Shown one piece after another: positions 1-10,253 of a stretch of 44,953 nucleotides of DNA (its first letter is position 1; each line of letters starts with the position of its first letter). The DNA comes from a virus (Duplodnaviria; Caudoviricetes). The translations under genes were made by a program, and so were the position numbers. A model generated the notes under the pieces. The model had not been told where the DNA came from. It made no database searches and saw only the letters and a list, made by a program, of their open reading frames with translations. The stretch covers positions 1-44,953 of the IMG/VR virus record IMGVR_UViG_3300037419_000729. One strand, 5' to 3'.

Positions 1-127
1 CACAAGCCCGATGCAACCGGCAGGGCGGGGCAGGCCGCGCATACGCATGTCCGCGCCGACAAAGAGCCTAGCGCCGCCCCATGCGCCCCCTTTGTGCCAC
101 ACCATCGGCAGTCTCCCGCCCGCCCCC
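1..127. repeat. Terminal direct repeat, copy 1 (identical to 44827-44953); probably k=127 assembly overlap of a circular contig
   Basis: Exact 127-nt identity between 1-127 and 44827-44953. Confidence 0.9.
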
Positions 128-281
128 GTCGAAAGATGCCGTGCCCTAGTGCCGCCACCCCCGCCCCGACCGCCTTGCGGGCCTCATTCGTGGGGCCCCT
201 GCAAGGCAACTTCGCGACCCCTATGGGGGGATGTGGGCGAGGCGGTTAGCGTATACCAGGCCACGGAATTGTGAGCCATTT

Positions 282-575
282 TCAACTTGGAGAGAAGGTC
301 AGCTCCAGGGTCTTTCCGTCGAACAGGCCCTCACCATAGCCGCGGCCGGCCTGGTCGAGCTGCCAGTGGAAGGAGCCAAAGCGCCCATCAGGACACCTAA
401 GGTCCCCTAAGTGAACCGTGTCGACCATCGAGCCGACGCAACGCGCCCCATCGGGCAGCTCCACCTCGAGATAGGCGGTCCCATTGGCGTAGCCGGCGAA
501 CGGAGCCCCATCCAGGGACCCCGTTACCGACAGCATGGCCGCCATTCCGAGCAGAAGCGCACTCATCAGCCCCAT
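282..575 (-). CDS. Hypothetical exported protein (signal-peptide-like N-terminus, two Cys)
   Basis: 97 aa ORF, GGAGA RBS upstream, hydrophobic N-terminus; last gene of the late region. Confidence 0.65.
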   Translation of the reverse strand: MGLMSALLLGMAAMLSVTGSLDGAPFAGYANGTAYLEVELPDGARCVGSMVDTVHLGDLRCPDGRFGSFHWQLDQAGRGYGEGLFDGKTLELTFSPS

Positions 576-815
576 TTAATGTCTCCAAGGCCGGCCGTCT
601 AGGAGGCCCGTAGAGGCACCTGGAAGGGTGCCCCGCTAGGTGGGCACCTTAGCGTGTCTAAAAGGCCCTGAGAACGCATCTACGGGGCTCTCAGAGGCCC
701 TTACGCCCCATAATGTCCCCTCAAGTCTCCAGCCGAGCCCGCCAGGGACTCTCCTTCGGAGGGCGACCAGGCCGACGAGGCCGATTAACGGACACTCATA
801 GGAGGAATGGGAGGT

Positions 816-851
816 ATACCTTAGGTAATACCTTAGGGAATACCTTATGGG
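816..851. repeat. Three tandem 12-bp units (ATACCTTAGGTA / ATACCTTAGGGA / ATACCTTATGGG) in the non-coding genome-end region
   Basis: Directly visible; resembles short repeats near T7-like genome termini. Confidence 0.75.
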
Positions 852-901
852 TTTGTTATGTGGTGTTGTGTCTTAATGTATACCCTCAGGGAGACCTTAA
901 G

Positions 902-1120
902 TTACCGTGAAGGGAGCCTGAGGGTTCCTCTGGGGCGCTCGGGAGGGAGCTGCAACATATACGTCCCCTTCTCGAGATAGAGGAACTTGGCCCCTGCATC
1001 GCGGATGAAGGTGACGATGGAGGTGAACATCCCCCAATAGCCGAACTCCTCTGCCATTCGGAGGGAGGTGAGGAGGGCGTCGGCTTCCTGCTTGGCTTGA
1101 CGGCTTACCTTGGCCGCCAT
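902..1120 (-). CDS. Hypothetical protein
   Basis: 72 aa ORF overlapping the terminase stop. Confidence 0.55.
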   Translation of the reverse strand: MAAKVSRQAKQEADALLTSLRMAEEFGYWGMFTSIVTFIRDAGAKFLYLEKGTYMLQLPPERPRGTLRLPSR

Positions 1121-2964
1121 GTTGATGGTCCTTTTCGTATTGCCTGGCGGCGCACGGCCGCTGGGGAGACTCTGAGGGTCCTGCCGGCGCCGCGGGGGGC
1201 GGCCCTAGGGGCAGGCTCGAAGTGGCCTTTGGAATTAACCTGAGTGGCACGAACCAACCGGGCAAACTCTTCTGCCTCCTTCCGCTTCTCGTTGTGGACG
1301 GCCTTCTCGGAGTCGAGGGCCATCTGCTCGAGAAAGTAGCTGACCAGGTTCGATAGGACGTCGGCTCGGTCATCCTTGCGGAGCGAACCTCTTTGGTTAG
1401 CCAGATGGGTTAGCTGGTAGAGCCCGGAGTATTCCAGGAGGGCATACTTGCCGACCCTTTCACCGGAGCGGTTCGCCAGACGTAGGTCATCTTTAACCAC
1501 ATTGGTGTCTAGCACCAGGCGGTGGCTGCCCAGGACAGGCTGGAGGTTTCCCAGGATGCGGGACTCCTTCATGCCGTGGACCTTGTGGACCTCGACGGCG
1601 CCCTTGTAGCCGGCCTTCCGCAGCTCGGTTTCGAGCAGGCGGGCGAACATCCCATCCCCGAAGTTGCCTTCGACGCGGACCAGGGGGACACCTTCATCCA
1701 CCGCAATCTGCGCTAGGGCTTGAAGCGTGGCCTCGCTGTGTCCGTCCGTATAGCCGCCCCACCGGGAGACCCACACCCGGCCGGCCAGGAACCGACCGAC
1801 CGCATAGGCCGTCTCGTCGGTGCCGGAGCCCGAGGGGTCAATCTCCATCAGGGAGATGGCGTAGGGCTTCCACTCATCGGAGACCTTGAGGGGGCCATAG
1901 AAGCGGTCCCCGTCGAAGCCGACGTTGTCCAGGTTGCGGAGCATCAGGTTCGGAGCCCGGCCCCAGGCGACGTGCAGCGGGGCTTGGTCGCGGTCGACGT
2001 CAGTGACGATGAGGTCCTGCGTCTTGAGCGGGAACTTCTCCTGGTCCGTCAGGCTCGTATCGAGCATGAACTGGAGCTGGAAGCCGGCCGCCCGCCACTC
2101 GACCTCACGCTCCATGAGGTCTTCCTCATTGAAGCGCCCAGGGTCCGTGGGGGCACCGCCCAGGGAGCTGCCGAAGCGCGGCTCACGCAGCGTCGGGTCA
2201 GCCTCCATGTCAGCCGCTAGGGTAGGCGCCAGGTAGTCGTAGAGGGCTTCCTTGCCGACCAACGGGTAGCGCGCAGGCCAGAGCCGCATCGCGTAGCCGC
2301 GCTCGACCAGGCCCTTGTAGATGGAGGCCATGCTCTGGAACGTGCCCAGGTAGATGGTCTCGCTGTTGGGCTTGCGAAGCGCCGCGGCCTCGCTGACTCG
2401 GCCGACCAGCTTCTCGCGCTGGCCCTCGGTCTCCGAGTTATTGGGGACCTCGACGTCGTCGAACAGGAGGATGTCCGTGCGGCCGCCCGTCATCTGCCCG
2501 GTCACGCCGACAGCCCAGACCGAGGGGTCCTTGGCCGGCTTTGCAGGGCCAACGTCGAAGACCATCGTGGAGTCCTTCTGGCTCCCTCGGGCGCGTAGAG
2601 AGGCCCAGGGAACCAGCTCGCCGGTCTCGATGTCGGTGGCGTTGATGAGGGTGTGGATGAAGGCCGCCACAGTCTGGGCGAACCGTTCGTTAGCGGAGAC
2701 CACGCCAATCTTGAGGTCCGGGTTCTTCCACAGACGCCAGACGATGTAGGCCCCGGTCAGGTAGGTCTTCCCGACGCCCCGGAAGGCGGCCAGGAAGCGA
2801 AGCCTCGGGCCGGTCTCGAGATACTTGGCGATGTCGAACTGGATGCGGGTGGGGCTCGGGAGGTCGAGGACCCGCACCCAGACGTAGTAGATGAACTTGA
2901 GGAATGAGCCTTTGAGGATGTCCTCGAGGGTCTCCGAGGGTTCCTTAGGTGCGACCATCTGCAA
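1105..2964 (-). CDS. terL: Terminase large subunit (T7 gp19-like); start may be 2958
   Basis: Walker A AFRGVGKT, Walker B LLFDDVEVP, GQMTGGR, nuclease IDPSGSGTDET and DDRADVL motifs. Confidence 0.96.
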   Translation of the reverse strand: MQMVAPKEPSETLEDILKGSFLKFIYYVWVRVLDLPSPTRIQFDIAKYLETGPRLRFLAAFRGVGKTYLTGAYIVWRLWKNPDLKIGVVSANERFAQTVAAFIHTLINATDIETGELVPWASLRARGSQKDSTMVFDVGPAKPAKDPSVWAVGVTGQMTGGRTDILLFDDVEVPNNSETEGQREKLVGRVSEAAALRKPNSETIYLGTFQSMASIYKGLVERGYAMRLWPARYPLVGKEALYDYLAPTLAADMEADPTLREPRFGSSLGGAPTDPGRFNEEDLMEREVEWRAAGFQLQFMLDTSLTDQEKFPLKTQDLIVTDVDRDQAPLHVAWGRAPNLMLRNLDNVGFDGDRFYGPLKVSDEWKPYAISLMEIDPSGSGTDETAYAVGRFLAGRVWVSRWGGYTDGHSEATLQALAQIAVDEGVPLVRVEGNFGDGMFARLLETELRKAGYKGAVEVHKVHGMKESRILGNLQPVLGSHRLVLDTNVVKDDLRLANRSGERVGKYALLEYSGLYQLTHLANQRGSLRKDDRADVLSNLVSYFLEQMALDSEKAVHNEKRKEAEEFARLVRATQVNSKGHFEPAPRAAPRGAGRTLRVSPAAVRRQAIRKGPSTWRPR

Positions 2965-3235
2965 TATAGACAGTGACCGTGCCGGTGCCGGAGGTAATCG
3001 TTAGCCGAGCCTCCTTGCCCTCGTAGAAGGAGGCGTCCTGGTCTCCTGTGACCGGCCAAGAGAGGCCGTATAGGGAACCGGCATTGCGCCACGGAGCGTC
3101 CGGCGCCTGCCGAAGCTCTAGCTTATACTCGGTGACACCGTCCGAGGCCACGGATTGAGCCATGACGTAGCCGCCGTGGTTGCCGTAGACGCGGACGGGC
3201 GGAGTCGAGCCGACGCCAGTCTGGGTAATCTTCAT
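2945..3235 (-). CDS. Hypothetical beta-rich protein between terS and terL
   Basis: 96 aa ORF with AAGGA RBS, same strand as neighbours. Confidence 0.7.
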   Translation of the reverse strand: MKITQTGVGSTPPVRVYGNHGGYVMAQSVASDGVTEYKLELRQAPDAPWRNAGSLYGLSWPVTGDQDASFYEGKEARLTITSGTGTVTVYIADGRT

Positions 3236-3258
3236 AGGTTTGTATCCTTGAGAAGGGT

Positions 3259-3561
3259 TTAGGCCCTCGCCATGTCTTCGACGTTTAGGTCTCGCAGCTC
3301 ATCAATGAGGCCGTTGAAGCGCGGAGAGCTGGCCGGCGCGTCGATGCCGTTGTCCTTGAGGAACGCCCGGATGACGCCCAGGAGCTTTGGGCTCAGGGGT
3401 TCGTAGTCGGGGTTCGCAATGGTCTTGCAGGCATCGTCAGGGTCCACGATGCGCGGGGGCTGGGACGCCCTCTCAAGGCCGCGACGAAGCTCCTCGGTCA
3501 TGCCCTCGGCCATAAGCCCGTGGAGAAGGTCCATGACCTCCTGGGTGGCTTTACCGTTCAT
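3259..3561 (-). CDS. terS: Terminase small subunit (T7 gp18-like)
   Basis: KAT...LHG N-terminus and FLKDNGI motif; synteny; ATG 3561 with AGGA RBS. Confidence 0.85.
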   Translation of the reverse strand: MNGKATQEVMDLLHGLMAEGMTEELRRGLERASQPPRIVDPDDACKTIANPDYEPLSPKLLGVIRAFLKDNGIDAPASSPRFNGLIDELRDLNVEDMARA

Positions 3562-3784
3562 GGTCGATGTCCTGCTGCTGCATCCGGCCGTCGACCTGGG
3601 ACAGATGCTTGTCGACCCGCTCAAGGTCGCCTCGGAGACCGTCGACGGAGGTCTGGAGAGTCTCGAGGCGCTCGATGCGGGTGTCCTGCCTGGCGTCGTT
3701 CGTCTTGACGCTCAGGACGGTCGAGCCGACCCCGATAGCCGCGGCAGCCGCCACGGCGTTGATGACGTGTTCTTTGATTGTCAC
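3551..3784 (-). CDS. Small membrane/coiled-coil protein (holin-position gene); start uncertain
   Basis: One hydrophobic segment followed by coiled coil, between tail spike and terS. Confidence 0.55.
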   Translation of the reverse strand: MTIKEHVINAVAAAAAIGVGSTVLSVKTNDARQDTRIERLETLQTSVDGLRGDLERVDKHLSQVDGRMQQQDIDHER

Positions 3785-3843
3785 GATGGTTCTCACTGGC
3801 CCGCCCCCAGGCCCTTCGAGGGGACCTGAGGGGAGCGTTGTGG

Positions 3844-6342
3844 TTAGTAGGGGAGCGCCATGAGCATGAACCGGGCGTCATTGAGGGCGGCGCCGGTTCC
3901 CGCTTCGAGCTTGGTGATGTGGAGCGCCGTCGCCCGCTCAAAGAGCGTTTGGGTGCGCTGCGAGTCCAGGTAGAGTTCAGACAAGTCGTAGATGACGGTG
4001 CTGGCCCCAGCCTGGGGGGCGATGGCGATGTCGTTCGGGCCGAAGGCCGTCACCCTCGTTCGGGCATCTGCGAAGTCGACATCAGTCCCGCCCTTGTTCT
4101 TCAACTCGAGCGTTGTGTAGTTCGTGTCGTCGGGCGTTGGGGTGTTGCTGATGAGCAGACGGGCCTCAACGAGCTGCGAACGCTGCTTGGCCTGCCACGG
4201 GAATATATCAGCACCCGTCCCGGCAGCGGCTGTGAAGCCGAACACCTCATCGGTTGGCCCGAGGAAGCCTCCAGCAATCGACGATTTGTATGGGTAGCTG
4301 CCGAGCATATCAATCTGGACATCCGACCCGATACGCACCCCTTTCGAGGCGGTATTGACACCCGCGTAGCTGGTCGAGCCGTTGCGATTGATATTCTTCA
4401 ACCTAAGGCGATTGAGCCGGATGTTCACATTATCAAACCCTGGCCCAATCGTGATGCCATCCGTCTCCGTCCCATCGGCATCAATGTCGAGCGACACGTT
4501 ACTGAGAACCCCAAAGCCTGGAGTAGCGGCTTCGATGATTACCGCGGAGGGAAGAGGGTTGCCGGGAATAGCATCCCCGACTCCATAACCGCCGTAGGGG
4601 TCCGGGCCGGCCGTGCCGACCGCAGTAATAAGCGTCCCGGCCGGATAGCCACCGAATGGGTCCACAAACCGGATACCGAGGGAGACGTCCCTGATAGCCG
4701 GCTCTTGGGTTCCCGCCATTGTTGCACTAAAGTCGAGAAGTGCAATGTGGAGCGCCCCGGTAGTTGTGGAGGTGGTGGGGTGAGCGCGGGCGGTGATGAG
4801 ATTATTTCCGCCTGTGATATTCCTAACCTGAGTTCCGCGGCCGACAGTCAAGGCGATGCCGTTCTGAAAGCCCAGGCCCGCAGGGTCGAATATCTCATTC
4901 CCTTCAACGACGATGCCATCAATGATACCGTCGCGGAAGTCGTAGCCGTCCCCCGGAACCCCATCAATGGCACCCGGCTTGATGTAGAGGATGACCCCGA
5001 CACCTTCGCCATAGTTGTTCACCAGGTGGCCGTTATAGACGCCGAATGTGGAGTCGGGGTCCGCCGCGCCGAGCAGTCCGACCTGGCTTCCGACTCCGAC
5101 CATATTGGCCGTGCCGTAGAAGCGGTTGAGAGCCACAACCCAATTATGAACTCGGGCGGTGGAGGACTTGATGGCGATGCCATCATCCGAGGCCGTGGCT
5201 GATGGATTGATGAAGTCGTTGTCGATGAAGCGCCAATCGCTGGTGCTAAAGACGTTCGGCCCACCATACCACTCGAAGCGGTTGCCAAGGGCTCGAAAGC
5301 CCGTGGCATTGTCCCGGAGGTAGAGCGGGATGCCCCCCATTGCGTTCAGCCGAGTCACCTTGTTGAACAACAGGCGGACCCCGCTACTGACATTAAGGTA
5401 GGAGTTGGTGTCGGCCGTGAGGATGTCGATGTGGAGGCCCTTGATGATGCCGCCCCCAGACAGCTCCAATTGGTCTCCGACGAAATCAATTGTCAGCGTT
5501 GCGCCCCACCCCTCGATGTCCTCGGAGAGGTCCCAGACGAGACCCTCGTAGACCCGGTAGTCCTTGGGGCCGAACTTGAATGGGATGCCGAGATGCTTGG
5601 CTAGGTCGTGGGCTGCATCAAGAGCGGCCTTGTCATCGGTCGTCCCATCCCCGACCGCACCGAACCAATCCGGCAGCACGTGGGTCAGGCCGGCCCGGAC
5701 CCAAGCCCCTTGGGAGCCGTCCGTTGCCAATCCCGTTCCCGCCGAAGGGGCCACGAAGACCCCTTGAAGGGGGTCGGCTGCTACATCGAGAAAATGGTCA
5801 GCCGAGCTGAAAATGAAAGCGCCGTTACGGCCGGCCTCGGTGAGGAGCGCCGGGACACCCGAGGTGGGGTCCATTGCAGCCATGAAGGCCCGAGTGGCGG
5901 CCGGAAGAGTGGCATCGCTAAAGGAGATGCCGGAGACGGCGGTGAGAAGGGCATTGTCGCCGGCAATCCGGGCCGATGTCTCCACGGCGACGGCGGCGTT
6001 GGCAGCCGCGGTAGCATCAACTGAGGCTTGGGCGAGCCCAGCGGACAGCTCCTGGTCGAGATACTGATGCTGCGAGTTGGCCTTGTCGAGGTCAGCCTCA
6101 GTGAGAACTGAGCCGTCCGTGAAGTCGACGAGCGAGGCCGCCAGTGAGGTGTCGCGGTAGACCTTCCAGGCCGAACCGTGAGGAACCGGCGCAGAGAAGG
6201 TAATCTGGCTCATGCCCGTCCAGGTGAAAGCGACGTCGGCCCCATCTACGGAAGCCTTGACGTGCGACGTGTCGAGGAAGGGGAAGTTGATGGTTACGAC
6301 CGGAGCGGCCCCATCCCCGGTTCCCGTGATTGGGGTATACAT
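3844..6342 (-). CDS. Tail fibre/tailspike with T7 gp17-like N-terminal anchor and beta-helix (depolymerase-like) domain
   Basis: N-terminal FPFLD..HVK, YRDT..LVDFTDGSVLTEADLD; WFGAVGDGTTDD pectate-lyase-like cap; Asn/Gly-rich repeats. Confidence 0.9.
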   Translation of the reverse strand: MYTPITGTGDGAAPVVTINFPFLDTSHVKASVDGADVAFTWTGMSQITFSAPVPHGSAWKVYRDTSLAASLVDFTDGSVLTEADLDKANSQHQYLDQELSAGLAQASVDATAAANAAVAVETSARIAGDNALLTAVSGISFSDATLPAATRAFMAAMDPTSGVPALLTEAGRNGAFIFSSADHFLDVAADPLQGVFVAPSAGTGLATDGSQGAWVRAGLTHVLPDWFGAVGDGTTDDKAALDAAHDLAKHLGIPFKFGPKDYRVYEGLVWDLSEDIEGWGATLTIDFVGDQLELSGGGIIKGLHIDILTADTNSYLNVSSGVRLLFNKVTRLNAMGGIPLYLRDNATGFRALGNRFEWYGGPNVFSTSDWRFIDNDFINPSATASDDGIAIKSSTARVHNWVVALNRFYGTANMVGVGSQVGLLGAADPDSTFGVYNGHLVNNYGEGVGVILYIKPGAIDGVPGDGYDFRDGIIDGIVVEGNEIFDPAGLGFQNGIALTVGRGTQVRNITGGNNLITARAHPTTSTTTGALHIALLDFSATMAGTQEPAIRDVSLGIRFVDPFGGYPAGTLITAVGTAGPDPYGGYGVGDAIPGNPLPSAVIIEAATPGFGVLSNVSLDIDADGTETDGITIGPGFDNVNIRLNRLRLKNINRNGSTSYAGVNTASKGVRIGSDVQIDMLGSYPYKSSIAGGFLGPTDEVFGFTAAAGTGADIFPWQAKQRSQLVEARLLISNTPTPDDTNYTTLELKNKGGTDVDFADARTRVTAFGPNDIAIAPQAGASTVIYDLSELYLDSQRTQTLFERATALHITKLEAGTGAALNDARFMLMALPY

Positions 6343-6413
6343 AGCTCTCCCGTGGCGGGTGGACCCGCTCTAGTTTTCATTGTGGGGTGGAGGCGCCCGA
6401 AGGCGCCCCCTAG

Positions 6414-9400
6414 TTAGTTGTCGCGGAGATACTGAGCCAGCTCGGAGTTTATCTTCTCCGTCTGGGCGTTCAGCTCCTCGGGTGTCAGGCCTCGGCCCTT
6501 GGCGTCCTGGTAGGCTTGCTCGCGCTCAATGCGGGCCTCGAGACTGAGGTCCTCCGAGCGGAGCCGGTTCGTTGCCAGGTGCGTGTAGGGCTGCGTGACG
6601 AGGCGCACTTGCTCCTCCTTGGCGGCCGGCGTCAGGCCGGGCCAGCGGGGGTCCTGGATGAGCGCGTGGAGCGCGTTCTTCATGGTCCCATAGTCGCCAG
6701 TGACGACCTGGCCCCGCAGCTCGAGCAGCCGTGTATACTGCTTGACGTTGAGCGGGACGCCGTTGATGTCCTTTCGAGGGAGCTTGGTGTCGAGCGACAG
6801 GGTATCCAGCTCGCGAACGAGCGGGTCCTCGTTGCCCCGATAGGGCTCCCAATCCAGGCCGGTGAAGCGTTCACCGAAGTTCGTCGTGACCGGCTCACCC
6901 AGCCAATCCCGCTTTACCGGAAGGCTGGTGGCCCCGAGGCTCTCGCGGATGACCTTGTCGTAGAACGTGATGGCCTCATGCTCGTAGGGGTCATAGGTCT
7001 GGCGGATACCCTTCTGGATACCCGCGGCCGGCACGAAGCGCCGAGCCAGGGTGTCCCCGACATACTTGTCGAAGTGGGCCTTGAACTCCCCATCCGTGAA
7101 CGCCCCCGCCATCTCGGTGAGATTGCGGATGGACTCCAGGTAGCTCTTGGAGAGGACGTTGGCGGAGATAGCCCACGCCGCCGCCTCGGCCATTGCCTGG
7201 AGCTTTGAGGAAGCCTCAGGGTCGTTAGGGTCGTAGTAGGAGTTCATGTATTGGTGGTAGTCCGCCGCCAGCCCGAGGATAGTTGCCATCGGGTCGAGCC
7301 GGTTGAACTCGAACGTGTCGCCGCCAACCTGGAAGGTGTAGCTCTCGCGGGCCATTCGGGCCGTGGAGAAGAACGTCCCGTCCTTGCCGACGATGGTCCG
7401 GTTAGAGGCCAGATGGTAGCCCATGTAGAACCCCATGAGCCCTAGGGCCATCTGGGAGAGGGCCTGCTCACGCTGCTCCGGAGTGCCACTCAGGATGGCC
7501 GTGCGGATGCGACTCTTGAACACCCCGAGGGGGCTGTAGTCGATTAGGGACCGCTCAAGGATACGCATTGGCGTGTGGACGAACGGCACGAACAGCGGCC
7601 CGAAGATGGGCGTGTGCGAGACGAGCCATTCGGCACCGCGGCCGATGCCAGTCTCGAGCCGGTCTTGGAAGAGAACCGACCGGGCTTCATGCTCGCCGGC
7701 CGTGTGGACGGTGTCGCGGAACCCGGCCTCATACGCCTGGTCCGCGAAGTGGTCCCCGACGTCAGCCGTTAGGGAAGCCACACGGGCCTTGAGATACTTC
7801 GACAGGGTTTTCCCTTCGATGCCCAGCTCGGCAGCCCTGTTGGCCGCCTCGCGCACCGCAGCCGACTGTGACCCGGCCTTGTAGGCCAGAGACCCAGCGA
7901 GCTGGTCCGGAGCGTTGACGAACAGGATGGTGCCCATGCGTGTGGCCGTGCCGAGAGCGTTGATGGCAACGCCAGCGGTTCGGGCCATCCACTTCATGGC
8001 CCCCTCCATGAGCTTCGGCATATCGTAATGCTCGGCCCATGCGTCGATGGCTCGGCGGTCGGAGGGGCTCAGGGCTATAACGTGCTGAGAGGCGCGCATA
8101 TCGACGCGCTCGAAGTTCTTACCGGAGGTCGACAGTTTGGAGCCTTCGGCGTTCCACTCGGCAACGTGCTTGGCGATGGTTTTCAATCCAAGGTTGTCGG
8201 CGTTGAGGAACAGCTCGGTCGACATATCGGCCTTCACCGCCGTCAGCATATTACGCCATGCCTCACCCCAGGAGAGCATGAGCCCGTCCTGGTAGGCCCA
8301 GGCGTCCGCCTTGGCGATGCGGAACAGGCGGGCCTGCTCGGCACTAACCAGCGCCAGAGGCGCCCGCATACCGGCCGACATCCAGCGCCCCAGGGCGCGA
8401 AGCCCCAGGAACGTCATGGTAGAGCCGAAGTTGTAGGCGGCCGTTCCCGCGGAGAAGAGGTTGCCCACCCCTTCACGGACACCGGCATCAATCTGCTTGC
8501 CGATAGAGCCATTCATACGGCGGACATACGCAGCCAGGGCGCCTACATCCCCCTGCTTCTCAAGGAGCTTCGAGAGGACCATCATGCGCTCGGCATCGCT
8601 GTCCATCGAGACCAAGGAGTCGACCTGGCTCTGGGCGTCTTCTTCGGCCGTAGCCGAGGCGCCGCGTGGGAGTCGGGACTCTAGCTGGGAGGCATACTTC
8701 TCGGCTTGCGCCGGGTCGTGCCGTGCGATGAACTGGAGCGACTTGAGGGCTCGGCCAATCTCGCTGCCGGCCCCGCGCAGCTCGCCCATGTAGAGGGCGT
8801 GGCGGTAGAACGTCGCCAGGAACTTCTGCCACTCCTGGTCGCCGGCCCCTTCTCCGCCCGCTCGGAGAGCGTTGAGAGCGCCCTCAGCATCGTCGAGCAG
8901 CCGCTTGGCGTGGCCGCCGACGAACATACGAGCGCCCATGAGAAGCTCGGGTAGCTGCTTGGTCCGGCCGAACAGGACCCTAAGGATGTCTGCATCGGAC
9001 GCGAAGGAGCGCGCCGCTGTATGGAGGACGTCCGCTTCGGAGACCCGAACCCCGGTCCTGCCGAGCTTGGCTCCGACCTTCTCATAGATATTGATGAGCG
9101 CCTTGTGGAGGTTCTGGACGCCCTCTGGGTTATCGAAGGCTTCGTAGTCCAGCTTCGCCGGGTCAATCCCCAGGCGCGTCAGGGCGTTCTCAGGGTCCTC
9201 ATGGGCTATCTTGGACAGCTCATCGACGACGTCCTTGTCAATGCCAGGGGTGTCGACGATGCGGTTGAGGAAGCTGATGACATCCTCCCAGGTCTTGGGA
9301 GGGTTCTCCTGGAGTGCGGAGTGGATGGTGTGGTCGAAGGGGTCCGTGGACGGAGTCCCACCCTCTTCGGGGTTGAGGGCGTCTGCTGGCTTCGCTTCGG

Positions 9401-10244
9401 CTTCTTTGGGCCGCTTGATGCCGTAATCGTGCTCGACCGCCTTGACGATGCCGGCAGCCTCCTCAGGCGCCCCACCTCTCCAAACTTGGTAGGCACGTAT
9501 GCCCTTAGCACCCAGCTCGAACAGACCCTCGGCCGCAATGCCGACCGGGATGTTGGTCGTGGCGGCCTTGAGTCGGTTGACGAGGTCGTCGTCGTCCGCA
9601 TGGTAGGCGAGGGCGTCAAGCGTCGGGCTGTCCAGACCGAAGCCTTCCTTGAGGGCCGAGGCCAGGTTCATGGCGTGGGGGTCCTGGCTGGTGAAGTCGG
9701 TCAGGGTGCCGGCGAGGGCACCTTTGCCAATCTTCTGCCAGATGGTCAGGGCCGCCTCTTCGCCACTGAGCGCCTTGCTCCAGCTTGCGAAGGGAACAAC
9801 GAACGACAGGATGCCACGGCCGACCTTCTCGAAGGTGCCGGCGTTCTCGGACCCCGGAAGGTTCGGGACGGACACCCCGGAGGCGTTAATGGACTGCTCG
9901 AAGTTCACCGCGGCCGTGAGGGCCGGGTTGAGGGCTCCGAAGGCGAGCCCCAGAGCGTGGCTGACATTGCCCCCCACCGCGGACGTGACGGACTGCTCGA
10001 GCTTCGTGGCGTCAGCGCCAAGGCTCTTGAGGGTGTCCACAGTCTCGGCCAGCGGGTCCCGAACGAGGCCACCGAAGATGGTCCGAAAGATGGATGAGTG
10101 GGTCTCGTTGGGCGGCGCTGTGGCCGGCGCGACAGCATCCGCATAGCTGTTGGCAATCGGGTCGCCAAACTCCTGCGTTATTTTGTCCTGCTGCTGCGCG
10201 GTGAGCTGGTTCAGCTCCGCCTGCTCGGCTGGGGTCAAGGCCAT
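6414..10244 (-). CDS. Large internal virion (ejection) protein, gp16-like
   Basis: 1276 aa, helical, synteny after gp14/gp15; PFVHTP and RLDP motifs typical of these proteins. Confidence 0.85.
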   Translation of the reverse strand: MALTPAEQAELNQLTAQQQDKITQEFGDPIANSYADAVAPATAPPNETHSSIFRTIFGGLVRDPLAETVDTLKSLGADATKLEQSVTSAVGGNVSHALGLAFGALNPALTAAVNFEQSINASGVSVPNLPGSENAGTFEKVGRGILSFVVPFASWSKALSGEEAALTIWQKIGKGALAGTLTDFTSQDPHAMNLASALKEGFGLDSPTLDALAYHADDDDLVNRLKAATTNIPVGIAAEGLFELGAKGIRAYQVWRGGAPEEAAGIVKAVEHDYGIKRPKEAEAKPADALNPEEGGTPSTDPFDHTIHSALQENPPKTWEDVISFLNRIVDTPGIDKDVVDELSKIAHEDPENALTRLGIDPAKLDYEAFDNPEGVQNLHKALINIYEKVGAKLGRTGVRVSEADVLHTAARSFASDADILRVLFGRTKQLPELLMGARMFVGGHAKRLLDDAEGALNALRAGGEGAGDQEWQKFLATFYRHALYMGELRGAGSEIGRALKSLQFIARHDPAQAEKYASQLESRLPRGASATAEEDAQSQVDSLVSMDSDAERMMVLSKLLEKQGDVGALAAYVRRMNGSIGKQIDAGVREGVGNLFSAGTAAYNFGSTMTFLGLRALGRWMSAGMRAPLALVSAEQARLFRIAKADAWAYQDGLMLSWGEAWRNMLTAVKADMSTELFLNADNLGLKTIAKHVAEWNAEGSKLSTSGKNFERVDMRASQHVIALSPSDRRAIDAWAEHYDMPKLMEGAMKWMARTAGVAINALGTATRMGTILFVNAPDQLAGSLAYKAGSQSAAVREAANRAAELGIEGKTLSKYLKARVASLTADVGDHFADQAYEAGFRDTVHTAGEHEARSVLFQDRLETGIGRGAEWLVSHTPIFGPLFVPFVHTPMRILERSLIDYSPLGVFKSRIRTAILSGTPEQREQALSQMALGLMGFYMGYHLASNRTIVGKDGTFFSTARMARESYTFQVGGDTFEFNRLDPMATILGLAADYHQYMNSYYDPNDPEASSKLQAMAEAAAWAISANVLSKSYLESIRNLTEMAGAFTDGEFKAHFDKYVGDTLARRFVPAAGIQKGIRQTYDPYEHEAITFYDKVIRESLGATSLPVKRDWLGEPVTTNFGERFTGLDWEPYRGNEDPLVRELDTLSLDTKLPRKDINGVPLNVKQYTRLLELRGQVVTGDYGTMKNALHALIQDPRWPGLTPAAKEEQVRLVTQPYTHLATNRLRSEDLSLEARIEREQAYQDAKGRGLTPEELNAQTEKINSELAQYLRDN

Positions 10245-10253
10245 AGAGCCTCC

